Shown here in pieces: positions 1-9,940 of a stretch of 64,000 bases of DNA. The translations under genes were made by a program, and so were the position numbers. Below the pieces are notes generated by a model. It had not been told where the DNA came from, ran no database searches, and saw only the letters and a list, made by a program, of their open reading frames with translations. This DNA comes from Candidatus Sulfomarinibacteraceae bacterium. Lineage in GTDB: Bacteria > Acidobacteriota > Thermoanaerobaculia > Thermoanaerobaculales > Sulfomarinibacteraceae. How positions within the stretch are numbered: position 1 is the first letter of the stretch; every line of letters begins with the position of its first letter. The stretch covers positions 320,001 through 384,000 of the forward strand of contig CAWCLO010000001.1 of the NCBI GenBank assembly GCA_963796455.1, read 5' to 3'.

Positions 1-2
1 CC

Positions 3-194
3 GAGGATGATCTGATTGTAGCCATCGAATCGACCTATAGCGGGCTCTACGGAGGGTTCGGTTTCGTGCAACAAGCCGGAGGCCGGGGCGCACTGTACAT
101 GGCCTTCTTGTGGGATTTCAACTACGACAAGAACGAACCCAATCCGCGCAACGACCCTTTCCAGATCCAGATTGGATATGGGATCAGGTTTTAG
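3..194 (+). CDS. C-terminal fragment of a probable outer-membrane beta-barrel protein (5' truncated by window)
   Basis: Open frame from window edge EDDLIVAIESTYSGLYGGFGFVQQ...FQIQIGYGIRF* ending in TAG at 192-194; alternating hydrophobic residues and terminal Phe resemble a beta-signal. Confidence 0.5.
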   Translation, partial: EDDLIVAIESTYSGLYGGFGFVQQAGGRGALYMAFLWDFNYDKNEPNPRNDPFQIQIGYGIRF

Positions 195-427
195 GGCTCG
201 GGGCCTCGACTCACTCTAAAAAAACCTTTGCGTTCTTTGCGTCTTCGCGGTTTTTACCTTCCTCAGGTAGGTTGATGTTTTCCGAAACGCACCATCGTTG
301 AAATGTGCATGAGATAGCTCGGGGCCTCGAGTCGGTTCGCATATTCGAGCGTTGTTCCTGCGTCAACCACGTAAAAAACGCAAAGTCGCCAAGTCGCGAA
401 GAGGCCGCGAAGATCCATTTCGACTCG

Positions 428-862
428 TCACTCACGTCAAGACAGAATCGCGAATAGCGTTCAGGGACAGCGACAGAATTCAGCGACAGCGAGCAGGAGT
501 CGGCGGCAGCGCTCAGTCATCAGGGTCAGCGATCAGCGGCCGGGACAGTGAACGGCACTCATTTCTTCGGGGCTCCGGCCTTTGTGGTGCGACCGTCTCG
601 GCCGCACGGTGTGCAGGCGAGACGCCTACACCACCACGGGTGATCCTCCTGTTGAACGACCCGGAGATGACCACGTGGTCACTGCACCTGATCGCTGCCC
701 CTGCCACTGAACACTGATTGCTGTTCCCTGTCGCTGACCCTGGACACTGCCGCTGCAACACGGACACGGGCCGACCGCGATCAGGAAATGCCAAGAACCA
801 ACCCCTCAACCTTGTGTTGTCAGGTGGGAAAATTCAAATGACGATTTGTTTTGGACTGCAGT
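428..862 (-). mobile_element. Gene-less derivative (copy E) of the four-helix-bundle cassette
   Basis: Both end motifs (TCACTCACGTCAAGACAGAATCGCGAATAGCG; TTGGACTGCAGTG), conserved CCTGACAACAC block, 5' hairpin arm and last codons (CCG AAG AAA TGA, minus strand) retained; CDS replaced by a REP-like doublet. Confidence 0.7.
584..634. repeat. REP-like palindromic doublet (second copy ~1240-1290)
   Basis: GTGGTGCGACCGTCTCGGCCGCAC...GTGCAGGCGAGACGCCTACACCAC: two inverted GTGG-footed hairpins. Confidence 0.65.
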
Positions 863-1081
863 GTCGGCCGGTAAAAAATCTTAGCGTTCTTTGCGTCTTC
901 GCGGTTTTCACGCTGCTCAAGCAGGTTGGCGTTTTCCGAAACGCGACCATCGTCGAAATGTGCATGAGATAGCTCGGGGCCTCGAGTCGGTTCGCATATT
1001 CGGGCGTTGTTCCTGCGTCAACCACGTAAAAAACGCAAAGTCGCCAAGACGCGAAGGGGCCGCGAAGATCCATTTCGACTC

Positions 1082-1432
1082 ATCACTCACGTACAAGACA
1101 GAATCGCGGATAGCGTTCAGGGACAGCGACAGAATTCAGCGACAGCGAGCAGGAGTCGGCGGCAGCGTACAGTCATCAGGGTCAGCGATCAGCGGCCGGG
1201 ACAGTGAACGGCACTCATTTCTTCGGGGCTCCGGCCTTTGTGGTGCGGCCGTCTCGGCCGCACGATGTGCAGGCGAGACGCCTACACCACCACGGGTGAT
1301 CCTTCTGTTGAACGACCCGGAGGTAACCACGTCGTCACTGCACCTGATCGCTGCCCTGCCACTGAACACTGATTGCTGTTCCCTGTCGCTGGACACTGTC
1401 CCTGCCGCTGCATTTCGGGATCGGGATCGGAA
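1082..1432 (-). mobile_element. Gene-less truncated derivative (copy F) of the four-helix-bundle cassette
   Basis: Duplicate of copy E lacking the distal end. Confidence 0.65.
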
Positions 1433-1544
1433 CTGACGTCCAGATGACATCGGGAGGCGACATTCCCATTCAGGAGAAATCGGTGCATGGTGGTTCTCCC
1501 TTTCACCCTTTCTCCCTTTCTCCCTTTCTCCCCTGCCTAGAGCT

Positions 1545-2675
1545 TCAGCTCCAAACGCCCGGAATCGCCCGACTGCACCCCGGACAGGAGCCGCTCTCCA
1601 GATTGTTTGATATCACCCTGAAACCGACCCGGCGGATGAGGATCTCGCCGCAACCTGGACACATCGTGTTTTCGCCGGGATGACCGGGGAGGTTGCCGAG
1701 GTAGACATAGTGCAACCCAGCCGCGCGGCCGATCTCCCAGGCGCGTTCGAGGGTCGCCACCGGGGTTGGAGGCAGATCGGTCAATCGATAGGTTGGGTGA
1801 AAACGGGTGAAATGGACCGGTACGTCCGGGCCGAGATGGTCCGCGACCCACTTCGAGAGATCCTTGATCTCGGCTGCCGAATCGTTGAGGGTCGGCACCA
1901 AAAGAACCACGATCTCGAGCCAGACCCCTGATTTGCGTATGATTTCGAGAGTCTTCAAAACCGGTTCGAGCTTGCCCCGCACCTGCTGCCGATAAAAATC
2001 ATCCGAGAAAGCCTTGAGATCAATCTTGACGGCGGAGATCTCCGGCAGCACATCAAGGAGCGCCTGCTCCTGAATGAAGCCATTCGAAACGACTGTCGCT
2101 TTGATACCGGCCTTGTTGGCCGCTCTGGCGGCGTCGCGGACATATTCCCAGAACACCACCGGTTCGCCGTAGGTGGCAGCGGTCAGTTTCGCCCCGGCCC
2201 GGCGAGCAGTGGCCACCAAGTCTTTTGGCGGCAAATCGTACGCCTCCACCTGCTCGGGCCGAAACTGAGACAACTCCCAGTTCTGACAAAACTTGCATTC
2301 GACGTTACATCCCGCCGTCGAATAGGACAGCGCCTTTTCACCGGGCATGACGTGGAAGAAGGGTTTTTTTTCGATCGGATCCACATGAACGGCGCAGGCC
2401 AGGCTGTGGACCAGGGTGAGGTAGATACCGTTTCGGTTTTCGCGCACTCCGCACATGCCCCGTTCCATGTCGGCCACGGTGCACGCCTGGGGGCAGAGTT
2501 GGCACTCCACCCTCCCCTCTTCCAGTTTCTTGTACCAGGAAGCTTCGCGCGCCGGCAGTTCGTCACCCGCAGCCGAGGTTCCGCGCGATAAGGAAGCCGG
2601 TGCCATTGAGGGATTGACCGCCGAGACGGCACCCGCGGCACCGAGCACGAGCATCCGGCGCCGGTCGATCTTCAC
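1545..2675 (-). CDS. amrS: AmmeMemoRadiSam system radical SAM enzyme with Tat-like leader
   Basis: CQLCPQAC...CGVREN, DPIEKKPFFH, radical SAM CNVECKFC, C-terminal CPGC x2; N-terminal DRRRML leader. Confidence 0.9.
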   Translation of the reverse strand: MKIDRRRMLVLGAAGAVSAVNPSMAPASLSRGTSAAGDELPAREASWYKKLEEGRVECQLCPQACTVADMERGMCGVRENRNGIYLTLVHSLACAVHVDPIEKKPFFHVMPGEKALSYSTAGCNVECKFCQNWELSQFRPEQVEAYDLPPKDLVATARRAGAKLTAATYGEPVVFWEYVRDAARAANKAGIKATVVSNGFIQEQALLDVLPEISAVKIDLKAFSDDFYRQQVRGKLEPVLKTLEIIRKSGVWLEIVVLLVPTLNDSAAEIKDLSKWVADHLGPDVPVHFTRFHPTYRLTDLPPTPVATLERAWEIGRAAGLHYVYLGNLPGHPGENTMCPGCGEILIRRVGFRVISNNLESGSCPGCSRAIPGVWS

Positions 2676-3637
2676 GCCGGCACCAAGCGCAACGCGTCGG
2701 GGTCCGCCAGACCCAGACCATGGCGGGCGGCGGTTGCCAGAAACCGCACCGGTCTTCCCGCCGCTTCGAGGGTCGGCAATCCGCGTCGTTTTCTTTCCTT
2801 TTCAATGACCTGCCAGGCCCAGAGATCCGCCGCCACCGGGTCGGTGCTCGCCGCAACTCGCTCAGGTTGAAGGTGGCTCCCGATCGAAAGGCCGGTCCGC
2901 CGTGGCACTGCGCCACCACACCATCGAGGACCGTCAGACGTAATTTGCCGGCGACATAGGGATGGCGGGCCACATCCGCGATATACGGATCGCAGCCGTT
3001 GTCGTGGTACTTGTTCGGGTTGTGGATAACGCCATACCAGTTCTTCATCCCGGCCGAAATCCCCGACAGATCGTGATCCTTGACGACCCCGAAGGATACC
3101 AGGGCCGTACAGCCGGTGGTTACGAGCCGGGCAAAACACGATCCGATGGCTCCCGAGGTCGAAGGTGTTTTTTCGTAGTCATTGTCGGTGCCGATACAGA
3201 CATAGGGAGGTCCGTCGCGGCGAATCGTGAAGCCCGCCCGTTCAAGCTCCCGGCTGGACCGCTCGAAGACGATGATCCGGCGGCGATCGACGCCGGCCTC
3301 GGCGATCAACTCGACGAGAGCCTCCACCAGCTCCACTCGCGGCGAGAGCAATCTTCCGGCCAAACAGTTGAGCTTGATTGCCACCGTATCGGAAGGTCGA
3401 AAGAGCATCGCCGCAGCCGATTGCCCGGTTTCAGCGCCCACAGCCGCTCGCAGAGCTCCTGCTATCGCCAGGCGCGCTGTGTCGCCTGAGCAGCGCACGG
3501 CCAAGCTCGGAGTTCGCAGTCGCGAGACCAACCTGGCCGGGCCGTAGGACCGGAATCGATCCGCCCGACGCGACCCGAGCAAAAAAACCTGCACCGAATA
3601 GAGCTGCCAGCTCGCGGCGGGTGAAACGCCCTCCCAT
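2672..3637 (-). pseudogene. DUF362-family protein with Tat-like leader, disrupted by two frameshifts (pseudogene or assembly error)
   Basis: Three frames join: MGGRFTRRELAALFG (3637) / VAIKLNCL...KDHDLSGISAGMKNWYG...CHGGP / AASTDPVAAD...* (2672); shifts near 3490-3510 and ~2862. Confidence 0.75.
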
Positions 3638-3640
3638 CCG

Positions 3641-5152
3641 TCAGTGTTCCTCACCGAAGACCTGCGCCGTGAAGACTTCGAAGCGAGTGCCGGAGCGCCA
3701 TCCGCCCGGTTCGATACCGGCTTTTTGAGCCAGGTGATCGAGCATCGTTTCACGGTCCCACCCCTGCTCGGTGGCGACCTGGGGCAGGAACAGGGCCCGA
3801 TGGCGTCCTTTGCTCAAAACCACACCGTGGGTTCCGACCTCGATATCCTCCGGCCTCGCCACCAGGTGGCGCGGAGAGAGAATCGAGACCTCCACCGCGA
3901 TTGAATCGAGTTCCGCCGCCTCGAGAGGGGGAAATCGCGGGTCCTGGGCAGCCCATACGGCCGCAGTTACCACTGCCTCGTCGAGAGGTTGATCGGCCTC
4001 GATGACCCCCATGCAGGCGCGAAGACGATCGGGGCTGCCGGGTTTTTTGCCGCGTTGGTTGAGCGTCACAAAGGCCCCGGCCAGGGCCCGGCCTGGGTTG
4101 GCGTCGTGGGGCGCTGAATACCACCGCGCCAGACTTTCGTCGTGGATCAGAAAACTCGTCAACGCGGCTCGAGCGAGGGAGACGATCTGCCGGCCCTGAG
4201 CGGTCGCGACCTCACCGAGAACCGGCGTCTCCGGCTCGCCCCACGGGATCCAGGCGCCGTGATAGGAAATACCCGCATAGGTCACCGACAGATCCCAACG
4301 TCCCGTGAGGTGGCCCGAGGTGGTCACGTCCAGCACCTCGCCACGCCCGCGAAAAGCATGTGCCAGGAGTTCGGCAAGCACCATCGACGGTTTCAGACCG
4401 CAGACCGTATCGCCGCTGACCTCGACCTGATGGGTGAACCCGACCGGATCGGCGGCGGCGAGACGGTCAGCGGTCGCTCGGCCGAGCCGGAGCAGCTTGG
4501 CGCCGAGCCCCGGCTCCGAAAAGGGTGTCCATCCATAACGTTCACCATGGTGCGTGAAATCCGACGAGACCACCACAACAGTACCGGCATCGAGCAGCGG
4601 CAGGAGGGCCTCCGCCATTCGCCGAGCGGTCTCGAGGTCGGTTTGTTGGCCGACCAGAATCGGTACGATTTGCACCGTTGGGGCCAGAACCTGAAGGAAC
4701 GGAATCTCCACCTCGAGGCTGTGTTCCGGTTCGTGGGCCGAAGCCGGACCACGAAAATCGCGGTGCTTGCGAAGCGCGCGCACGGCTTCCAGGTCGAGTG
4801 GGACGTCACCTAGTGGCGTTTCGAAGGCCGCGAGGTTGCGCGCCGGCAGGGCACCGCCGGCAAAGGAGCTGTGATGGGAAGGACCGAGCAGAACCACGCG
4901 ACGCATCTTGCCGCCATCGAGGGAGGCGAAGACCCGTCCCGCCACCGCCCCCGAAAAGGCGTAGCCTGCGTGGGGCACCACCACGGCGCGGGCACCGCCA
5001 CGGAATTCCCCGTCCGCCATCATCTCCTCGATCTGGGTGCGCAGTTGTTGTGGATCGTCGGTGTAGAAGGACCCGGCAACCGCAGTGGGCCGGGTCGCCG
5101 CAGATACCACCGATGCGGCCAAAACCACGACCGCAACCAGCACATTCTTCAT
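3641..5152 (-). CDS. amrB: AmmeMemoRadiSam protein B (MEMO1 family) fused to protein A (AMMECR1 family), with signal peptide
   Basis: AVAGSFY, PHAGY, LLGPSH, EHSLEV, SSDFTH, TVCG then GAFVTL...LRACMG...DPRFPP...LFLPQV; MKNVLVAVVVLAASVVSA leader. Confidence 0.88.
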   Translation of the reverse strand: MKNVLVAVVVLAASVVSAATRPTAVAGSFYTDDPQQLRTQIEEMMADGEFRGGARAVVVPHAGYAFSGAVAGRVFASLDGGKMRRVVLLGPSHHSSFAGGALPARNLAAFETPLGDVPLDLEAVRALRKHRDFRGPASAHEPEHSLEVEIPFLQVLAPTVQIVPILVGQQTDLETARRMAEALLPLLDAGTVVVVSSDFTHHGERYGWTPFSEPGLGAKLLRLGRATADRLAAADPVGFTHQVEVSGDTVCGLKPSMVLAELLAHAFRGRGEVLDVTTSGHLTGRWDLSVTYAGISYHGAWIPWGEPETPVLGEVATAQGRQIVSLARAALTSFLIHDESLARWYSAPHDANPGRALAGAFVTLNQRGKKPGSPDRLRACMGVIEADQPLDEAVVTAAVWAAQDPRFPPLEAAELDSIAVEVSILSPRHLVARPEDIEVGTHGVVLSKGRHRALFLPQVATEQGWDRETMLDHLAQKAGIEPGGWRSGTRFEVFTAQVFGEEH

Positions 5153-5218
5153 GGTGTCATTGATAAACCGGGAGTCCTTCATTTGCAAGCGGCTGCTGCT
5201 GCAACGACACCCTCCAAC

Positions 5219-6334
5219 TCAACCGGAATCTTGGGAACGACCCTGTGCCGAAAGAGCCCGCAACTCGATCGCTCGTTCGCGATGTTTTCGGGCCTTGTCC
5301 GTATCCCCGACCAGCTCGGCGAGGCGGGCCAACGCATCGTAGATTTCCGGCTCCTTGCCATACCACCAACGTGCGCGCCTGAGATATTGCCGCGCCTCTT
5401 CGTACTCGCCCCGCAGCATTTCGGCGTCGGCCATGGCCACGAGAGTGAAGGGATTTCGGGTACCCTCCGCGGCCGCCTGCATGGCTGTCCGCGCCTCTTC
5501 TTCCATACCCCACTCGCTGTAGACCCGTGACATGTTGATCAGTGCGGAGGAATTGCCCTCCTCCGCGATCAGAGCCTGTCGGTAGGCCTCCATGGCCGCA
5601 TCGGGGTCGCCCAGGCGCATTTTTGCCACGCCGAGATTCACCCAGGCCGGGGCCCATTTCGGTTCCAGGATGGTCGCGATCTCGAGGTGCCTCACGGCCT
5701 CCTCGTAGCTGCGGTTGCGAATTTCGCGACCTCCGATATTCGTGTGGTAGAGCGCCGAGGCACCGAGATCATCAATCACCTTTCGATTGGCGTAGGAGGC
5801 TACGGACGACACATAAAAATCGTAGAGATAGATCCGGTCGGGTGCCCTGTAGCCCGCCACGACGTGTCGATTCACCACGACCAGAGTGCCCTCCTTCTCG
5901 ACCTCCGGCTGCCTGCGCGCGGCCACCAGAAAAGCCGGCTGGCCGATACTTCTCGCCAGGGCGACAAAAAGCGACGTGAAGGACATGCAGTTTCCCTTGC
6001 GAGCCGCAAAGGCTTCCTCTGCGGTCAGCGTACGGGCGATTTCGTATTCGAAATCGAATTCTCCCTTTTCGAAGAAAGCCTGCTGCAGCCCCTCGAGCCG
6101 CAACTCCGGTGAAGCCGTATTCAGAGTGCGGGTCTTGTTCTTTGCCCACGCCTTCATGTCGTCGTTGATGCCGAAGGGAAACACGACCTCGGATTCATCG
6201 AGACCCAGCTTTTCGACCGCGCGGCTCCAGTCTTCATATCCGAAGACCTGGCCGTCGAAGTCGTCAGCCGGGAGAATCGATGCTGCCAACAGCAACACCG
6301 CCACCAGGATCGAGATTTTTCGAGTCGGCTTCAC
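5219..6334 (-). CDS. Secreted transglutaminase-like domain plus TPR protein
   Basis: Signal peptide; GNCMSFTSLFVALARSIG...HV..YD Cys-His-Asp-like core; C-terminal TPR repeats. Confidence 0.7.
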   Translation of the reverse strand: MKPTRKISILVAVLLLAASILPADDFDGQVFGYEDWSRAVEKLGLDESEVVFPFGINDDMKAWAKNKTRTLNTASPELRLEGLQQAFFEKGEFDFEYEIARTLTAEEAFAARKGNCMSFTSLFVALARSIGQPAFLVAARRQPEVEKEGTLVVVNRHVVAGYRAPDRIYLYDFYVSSVASYANRKVIDDLGASALYHTNIGGREIRNRSYEEAVRHLEIATILEPKWAPAWVNLGVAKMRLGDPDAAMEAYRQALIAEEGNSSALINMSRVYSEWGMEEEARTAMQAAAEGTRNPFTLVAMADAEMLRGEYEEARQYLRRARWWYGKEPEIYDALARLAELVGDTDKARKHRERAIELRALSAQGRSQDSG

Positions 6335-6444
6335 GTTAAAATTGTACGTCTATCGTAGAGAAAAGGTTATTTTTTGGCAGTATGATCGATGGGCCCACTG
6401 GACCCTTCGGACGATCCAAGCGGGCCGGACTCATGGAGGTTTTC

Positions 6445-7911
6445 ATGCGACAGCACGTCATTTCGCTCATGATCGCGGGGTTTCTCAGCGCCACCGCCTT
6501 CGCACAATCGCCTTTCAGCGACCACTTCGAAGACGCCGGTCTTCGGGTCGACTACCATCACACCGGCAACGCCGAGGAAGAGATCATCGCTGTCGACCGG
6601 CTCTATCGCCAGGGCGTCTGGGCAGGTTCCCGAACCCGTCTGATCGACTATTCGAAATATGGCGGTTATCAGGTGGTGGTCCGAGACACCGCATCCGGGG
6701 ATCTGCTCTATTCACGGGGATTTGACAGCTACTTCGGTGAATACCGAACGACAGGCCCGGCCACCGAAGGGGTGATGAAGACATACCACGAGACGGTCCT
6801 CGTGCCCTTTCCCAAAAAGCCGGTGATCATCGACTTCACGGCCACCCGTCGCGATGGCACGACGGTGGCCATCAAGAGTCTGAAAATCGATCCGAGTTCG
6901 ATCGAGATCACGACCGAACCGCCCGCCGGAGGCACCGTCATTGTCGAAGCCCACATCGGTGGCGAACCGCACCACACCCTCGATATCGCAATCATCGGCG
7001 AGGGCTACACGGTCGCTGAAAAAGATCTCTTTCGCTCCGATGTGGCTCACGCGGCCGAAGTTTTGCTCGGCCACGAGCCTTACGCTGCCCAGCGCGCCAA
7101 CATCAGTGTGCGCGGAGTCATGCTTCCGTCGCGCGAAAGCGGATGCGATGAACCGACCCGGGGGATCTACCGGGACACCCCTCTCGGCGTCTCATTCAAT
7201 TCCTTTGGCTCGGAGCGCTACATGCTCACGGAGGACAACCGTAGCCTTCGCGACATCGCAGCCAACGTGCCCTACGACGCCCTGGTGATCATGGTCAACC
7301 ACGACCGATATGGAGGCGGGGGGATCTACAATCTCTTCAGTACATTTACCGCCCACTCCGAATGGGCCGACTACCTCCTCCTGCACGAATTTGGACATTC
7401 CTTCGCAGGGCTGGCGGACGAGTACTACAGCTCGTCGGTGGCCTACAACGATTTTTACCCGCCCGGCCGCGAACCGGTGGAGCCGAATATCACGGCGCTG
7501 CTCGATCCCCTGGACTTTCCGTGGCCGGAATTCGTGAAACGCGAGGTTCCCATACCGACTCCATGGGAAAAGGAGGAGTACGACCGTCGGGACGCCGCGT
7601 ACCAGATCAAGCGCACCGAACTCAACGATGCGATTGCCGAAGCAACCCGCAACGGGGCTTCAAAAAAGCTGATCGACGAACTGACTGAAAAGGAAAAGCG
7701 GCACGCCGCCGATCATGCCGCGTGGGCACAGAAATACCTCGCCGAGAGCAAGTGGGCGGGTCTGGTCGGGGCCTTCGAAGGGGCGGGCTATTCGTCAACC
7801 GGTTTGTATCGCCCGGCCCTGGACTGTCTGATGTTTTCGCGCCGGGTCCAGCCCTTCTGCCCGGTCTGCGAGCGAGCGGTCGATCAGGCCATCGAACAGT
7901 TCACCAAATAG
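6445..7911 (+). CDS. Peptidase M64 (IgA peptidase-like), secreted
   Basis: GGAGG RBS before 6445; signal peptide; HEFGHSFAGLADEY zinc motif; EGAGY...YRP..DCLM...FCPVC. Confidence 0.88.
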   Translation: MRQHVISLMIAGFLSATAFAQSPFSDHFEDAGLRVDYHHTGNAEEEIIAVDRLYRQGVWAGSRTRLIDYSKYGGYQVVVRDTASGDLLYSRGFDSYFGEYRTTGPATEGVMKTYHETVLVPFPKKPVIIDFTATRRDGTTVAIKSLKIDPSSIEITTEPPAGGTVIVEAHIGGEPHHTLDIAIIGEGYTVAEKDLFRSDVAHAAEVLLGHEPYAAQRANISVRGVMLPSRESGCDEPTRGIYRDTPLGVSFNSFGSERYMLTEDNRSLRDIAANVPYDALVIMVNHDRYGGGGIYNLFSTFTAHSEWADYLLLHEFGHSFAGLADEYYSSSVAYNDFYPPGREPVEPNITALLDPLDFPWPEFVKREVPIPTPWEKEEYDRRDAAYQIKRTELNDAIAEATRNGASKKLIDELTEKEKRHAADHAAWAQKYLAESKWAGLVGAFEGAGYSSTGLYRPALDCLMFSRRVQPFCPVCERAVDQAIEQFTK

Positions 7912-8045
7912 CAGAGTCGTCTGCTGGGGTCGGGTCCCGGCGGGACGGGGGCCACGTGACACCGGGCCGCCTTCGGTTTGCCATGATTGGTCGGTGCTTT
8001 CGCCACCTCTCCTTCTTACGATAGATGGAGGTGAGGACGGCGAAA

Positions 8046-9149
8046 ATGAAAAAATTGTATATTCAGAGGATGAACTCCACGACCGAAGTAAGACCGTTCG
8101 AAACCGTCCTGCTGTTGACGCCACGGAGGCGTTTCGAAACGATCGACGTCCGCGCGAGGATTGCCGAATTGTTCGGAGATGTATTGCAGGGGTTTCAACG
8201 CATTCTCTATTGCTCCCATCACACGACTGCCGGCTATCTCGATCAACGGATCGCCCACCGCTTGCACTATCGAAGCGATAGAGTCGACCCCTACATCGAT
8301 TTTTTCCGAGGGCTCTTCCCGCGTGGGGCGGGCTACCGCCACGACGAAATGGATCAACGTTCAGAATTGACTGAAGACGAACGCATGGACGAACCGCCGA
8401 ACGGTGACGCCCACCTTACCTACATCGGTTCCGGGCTTTCGAGTTGTGTCACCTACGACGCGACGGTGCCCTCGCCGGTATTTTTCATGGAACTCGATGG
8501 TGTCTACCGCGGAATCCCCCGGCAGAGAAGGACGTCGGTCATCGCCTACAACCGGGAAACCGTGGTCAGCGAAGAAATGGTCGAGATCCCGGTTTCTCAG
8601 CACGCCATCGACTCGGTCAATCTCGGAGACGAGCGTTTCGGTCTGCAGCAGCGGATCGAGGAGTTGCTGCGATCACACTCGATCGAGAACGGTCGCCTCG
8701 ATGTGGCGCTCGATCCGAATGAAAGCGCTGCCGGTGTGACCGTCAACGAGTTCGAGACCCTTCTCATGCGTCACGATCTGGCTGAAGTCCTCCAGAATCC
8801 TCTGCGCTTCGCAGCCCGTCAGGGTCGAAGGGCTCTGGCCGATCCACGATCGGTTCCGGCCAAGAGTCTCGGTTACGCACGCTACGACGTCGTACGGATC
8901 ATCAATAGATTGCTCGATGCGACCGGCACATCCGATTCGATCTTCGAGGCGATGTTGACCAGGGTTCTGGCGATCACCGCCTCGAGGCGGCTGCGATTCA
9001 AACGTTCGCTGAGCATGCCGGTCTCTGCCGGTGAAAACGGGAGGGCGCAGATCGTGATTGGCCGATATCAGACGCCGATTCTCATCCAATGGGCGGCACC
9101 TTCGCGTCGATCCCGCCGCCTCCGGCTGCGGCTGAGTCGTTTCGAATGA
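8046..9149 (+). CDS. Protein with two tandem YjbQ/UPF0047-like domains
   Basis: HHTTAG...YRHD...NGDAHL in the first half; AAGVTVNEFE...SLSMPV...IGRYQ in the second half. Confidence 0.55.
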   Translation: MKKLYIQRMNSTTEVRPFETVLLLTPRRRFETIDVRARIAELFGDVLQGFQRILYCSHHTTAGYLDQRIAHRLHYRSDRVDPYIDFFRGLFPRGAGYRHDEMDQRSELTEDERMDEPPNGDAHLTYIGSGLSSCVTYDATVPSPVFFMELDGVYRGIPRQRRTSVIAYNRETVVSEEMVEIPVSQHAIDSVNLGDERFGLQQRIEELLRSHSIENGRLDVALDPNESAAGVTVNEFETLLMRHDLAEVLQNPLRFAARQGRRALADPRSVPAKSLGYARYDVVRIINRLLDATGTSDSIFEAMLTRVLAITASRRLRFKRSLSMPVSAGENGRAQIVIGRYQTPILIQWAAPSRRSRRLRLRLSRFE

Positions 9150-9940
9150 CCGGCCGGAATCAACCCCCGCCGGTCCATGTGATCGGAATGGGCGAAGTCG
9201 GACGCCGCATCGACGCCGCCCTGCGTCGCGCCGGTGTCGAGACCCATTCCGTCACGCGAAGCAATGGTTGGTCGCACGCCCTCTCCGACACTGACAGCCT
9301 CCGAATCGTGTGCGTCCGCGAGGAGGCCCTTGGCGAGGTCCTCGGGCACCTTGGCGGAACTCCTCCCGATCGAATCGTTCTGGTCCAGAACGGTTGGATT
9401 CGACCACTGCTGCACCGGGCAAAAGACCTCACACGAGGGCTCATATGGTTCACGGCCAAAGGGGACTTTTTCACAGTTTTGCGATCGAGCGCCTTTTCCG
9501 GCCCGCGTGCCGAAGAAGTGTCCCGTATCCTGACTGACGGCGGGCTGCCGTCACGTGCAGTCGATCAATCGACTTTCGACCGTCTCGATGTCGACAAGAT
9601 GGGATTCAACTGCGTAGTCGGACTCCCTCTGGCGGTATACGGCCTCAGTCTTTGGGAGTACCTCGACAGTCATCGCGAGGAGGCGGAGGCGCTCTTCCGC
9701 GAATCAACGACAATCTGCGCCAAGGCTATCGGATCAGCGCTCGAAGGCGACCTCTGGGACCGGTTTCTCCTTTCGGCAGAACCGCTTGGATGGGTTCGGA
9801 TTGTGAGCGCCAAGGCGCTCGATTTTCGCAACCGCGCGGTGGTTGAGCTCGCCCGCCGACTCGGGGTGGAGGCGCCGGTCAACGCACGATTGCTGACGGA
9901 GAACGACCGTGGCTGTGTTACAAAACAAGTCCTGGATTGA
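9146..9940 (+). CDS. Ketopantoate-reductase-like NAD(P)-binding oxidoreductase
   Basis: VIGMGEVG Rossmann motif, VLVQNG, K...N, C-terminal VVELARRLGVEAPVN; ATGA overlap with upstream gene. Confidence 0.6.
   Translation: MTGRNQPPPVHVIGMGEVGRRIDAALRRAGVETHSVTRSNGWSHALSDTDSLRIVCVREEALGEVLGHLGGTPPDRIVLVQNGWIRPLLHRAKDLTRGLIWFTAKGDFFTVLRSSAFSGPRAEEVSRILTDGGLPSRAVDQSTFDRLDVDKMGFNCVVGLPLAVYGLSLWEYLDSHREEAEALFRESTTICAKAIGSALEGDLWDRFLLSAEPLGWVRIVSAKALDFRNRAVVELARRLGVEAPVNARLLTENDRGCVTKQVLD

Larger units (their letters stand above)
226..1432. repeat. Imperfect tandem duplication, period ~655 bp, of a composite non-coding repeat unit
   Basis: e.g. GAGATAGCTCGGGGCCTCGAGTCGG at 311 and 966; GACAGAATCGCG at 441 and 1097; near-identical over ~550 bp. 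Confidence 0.9.
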
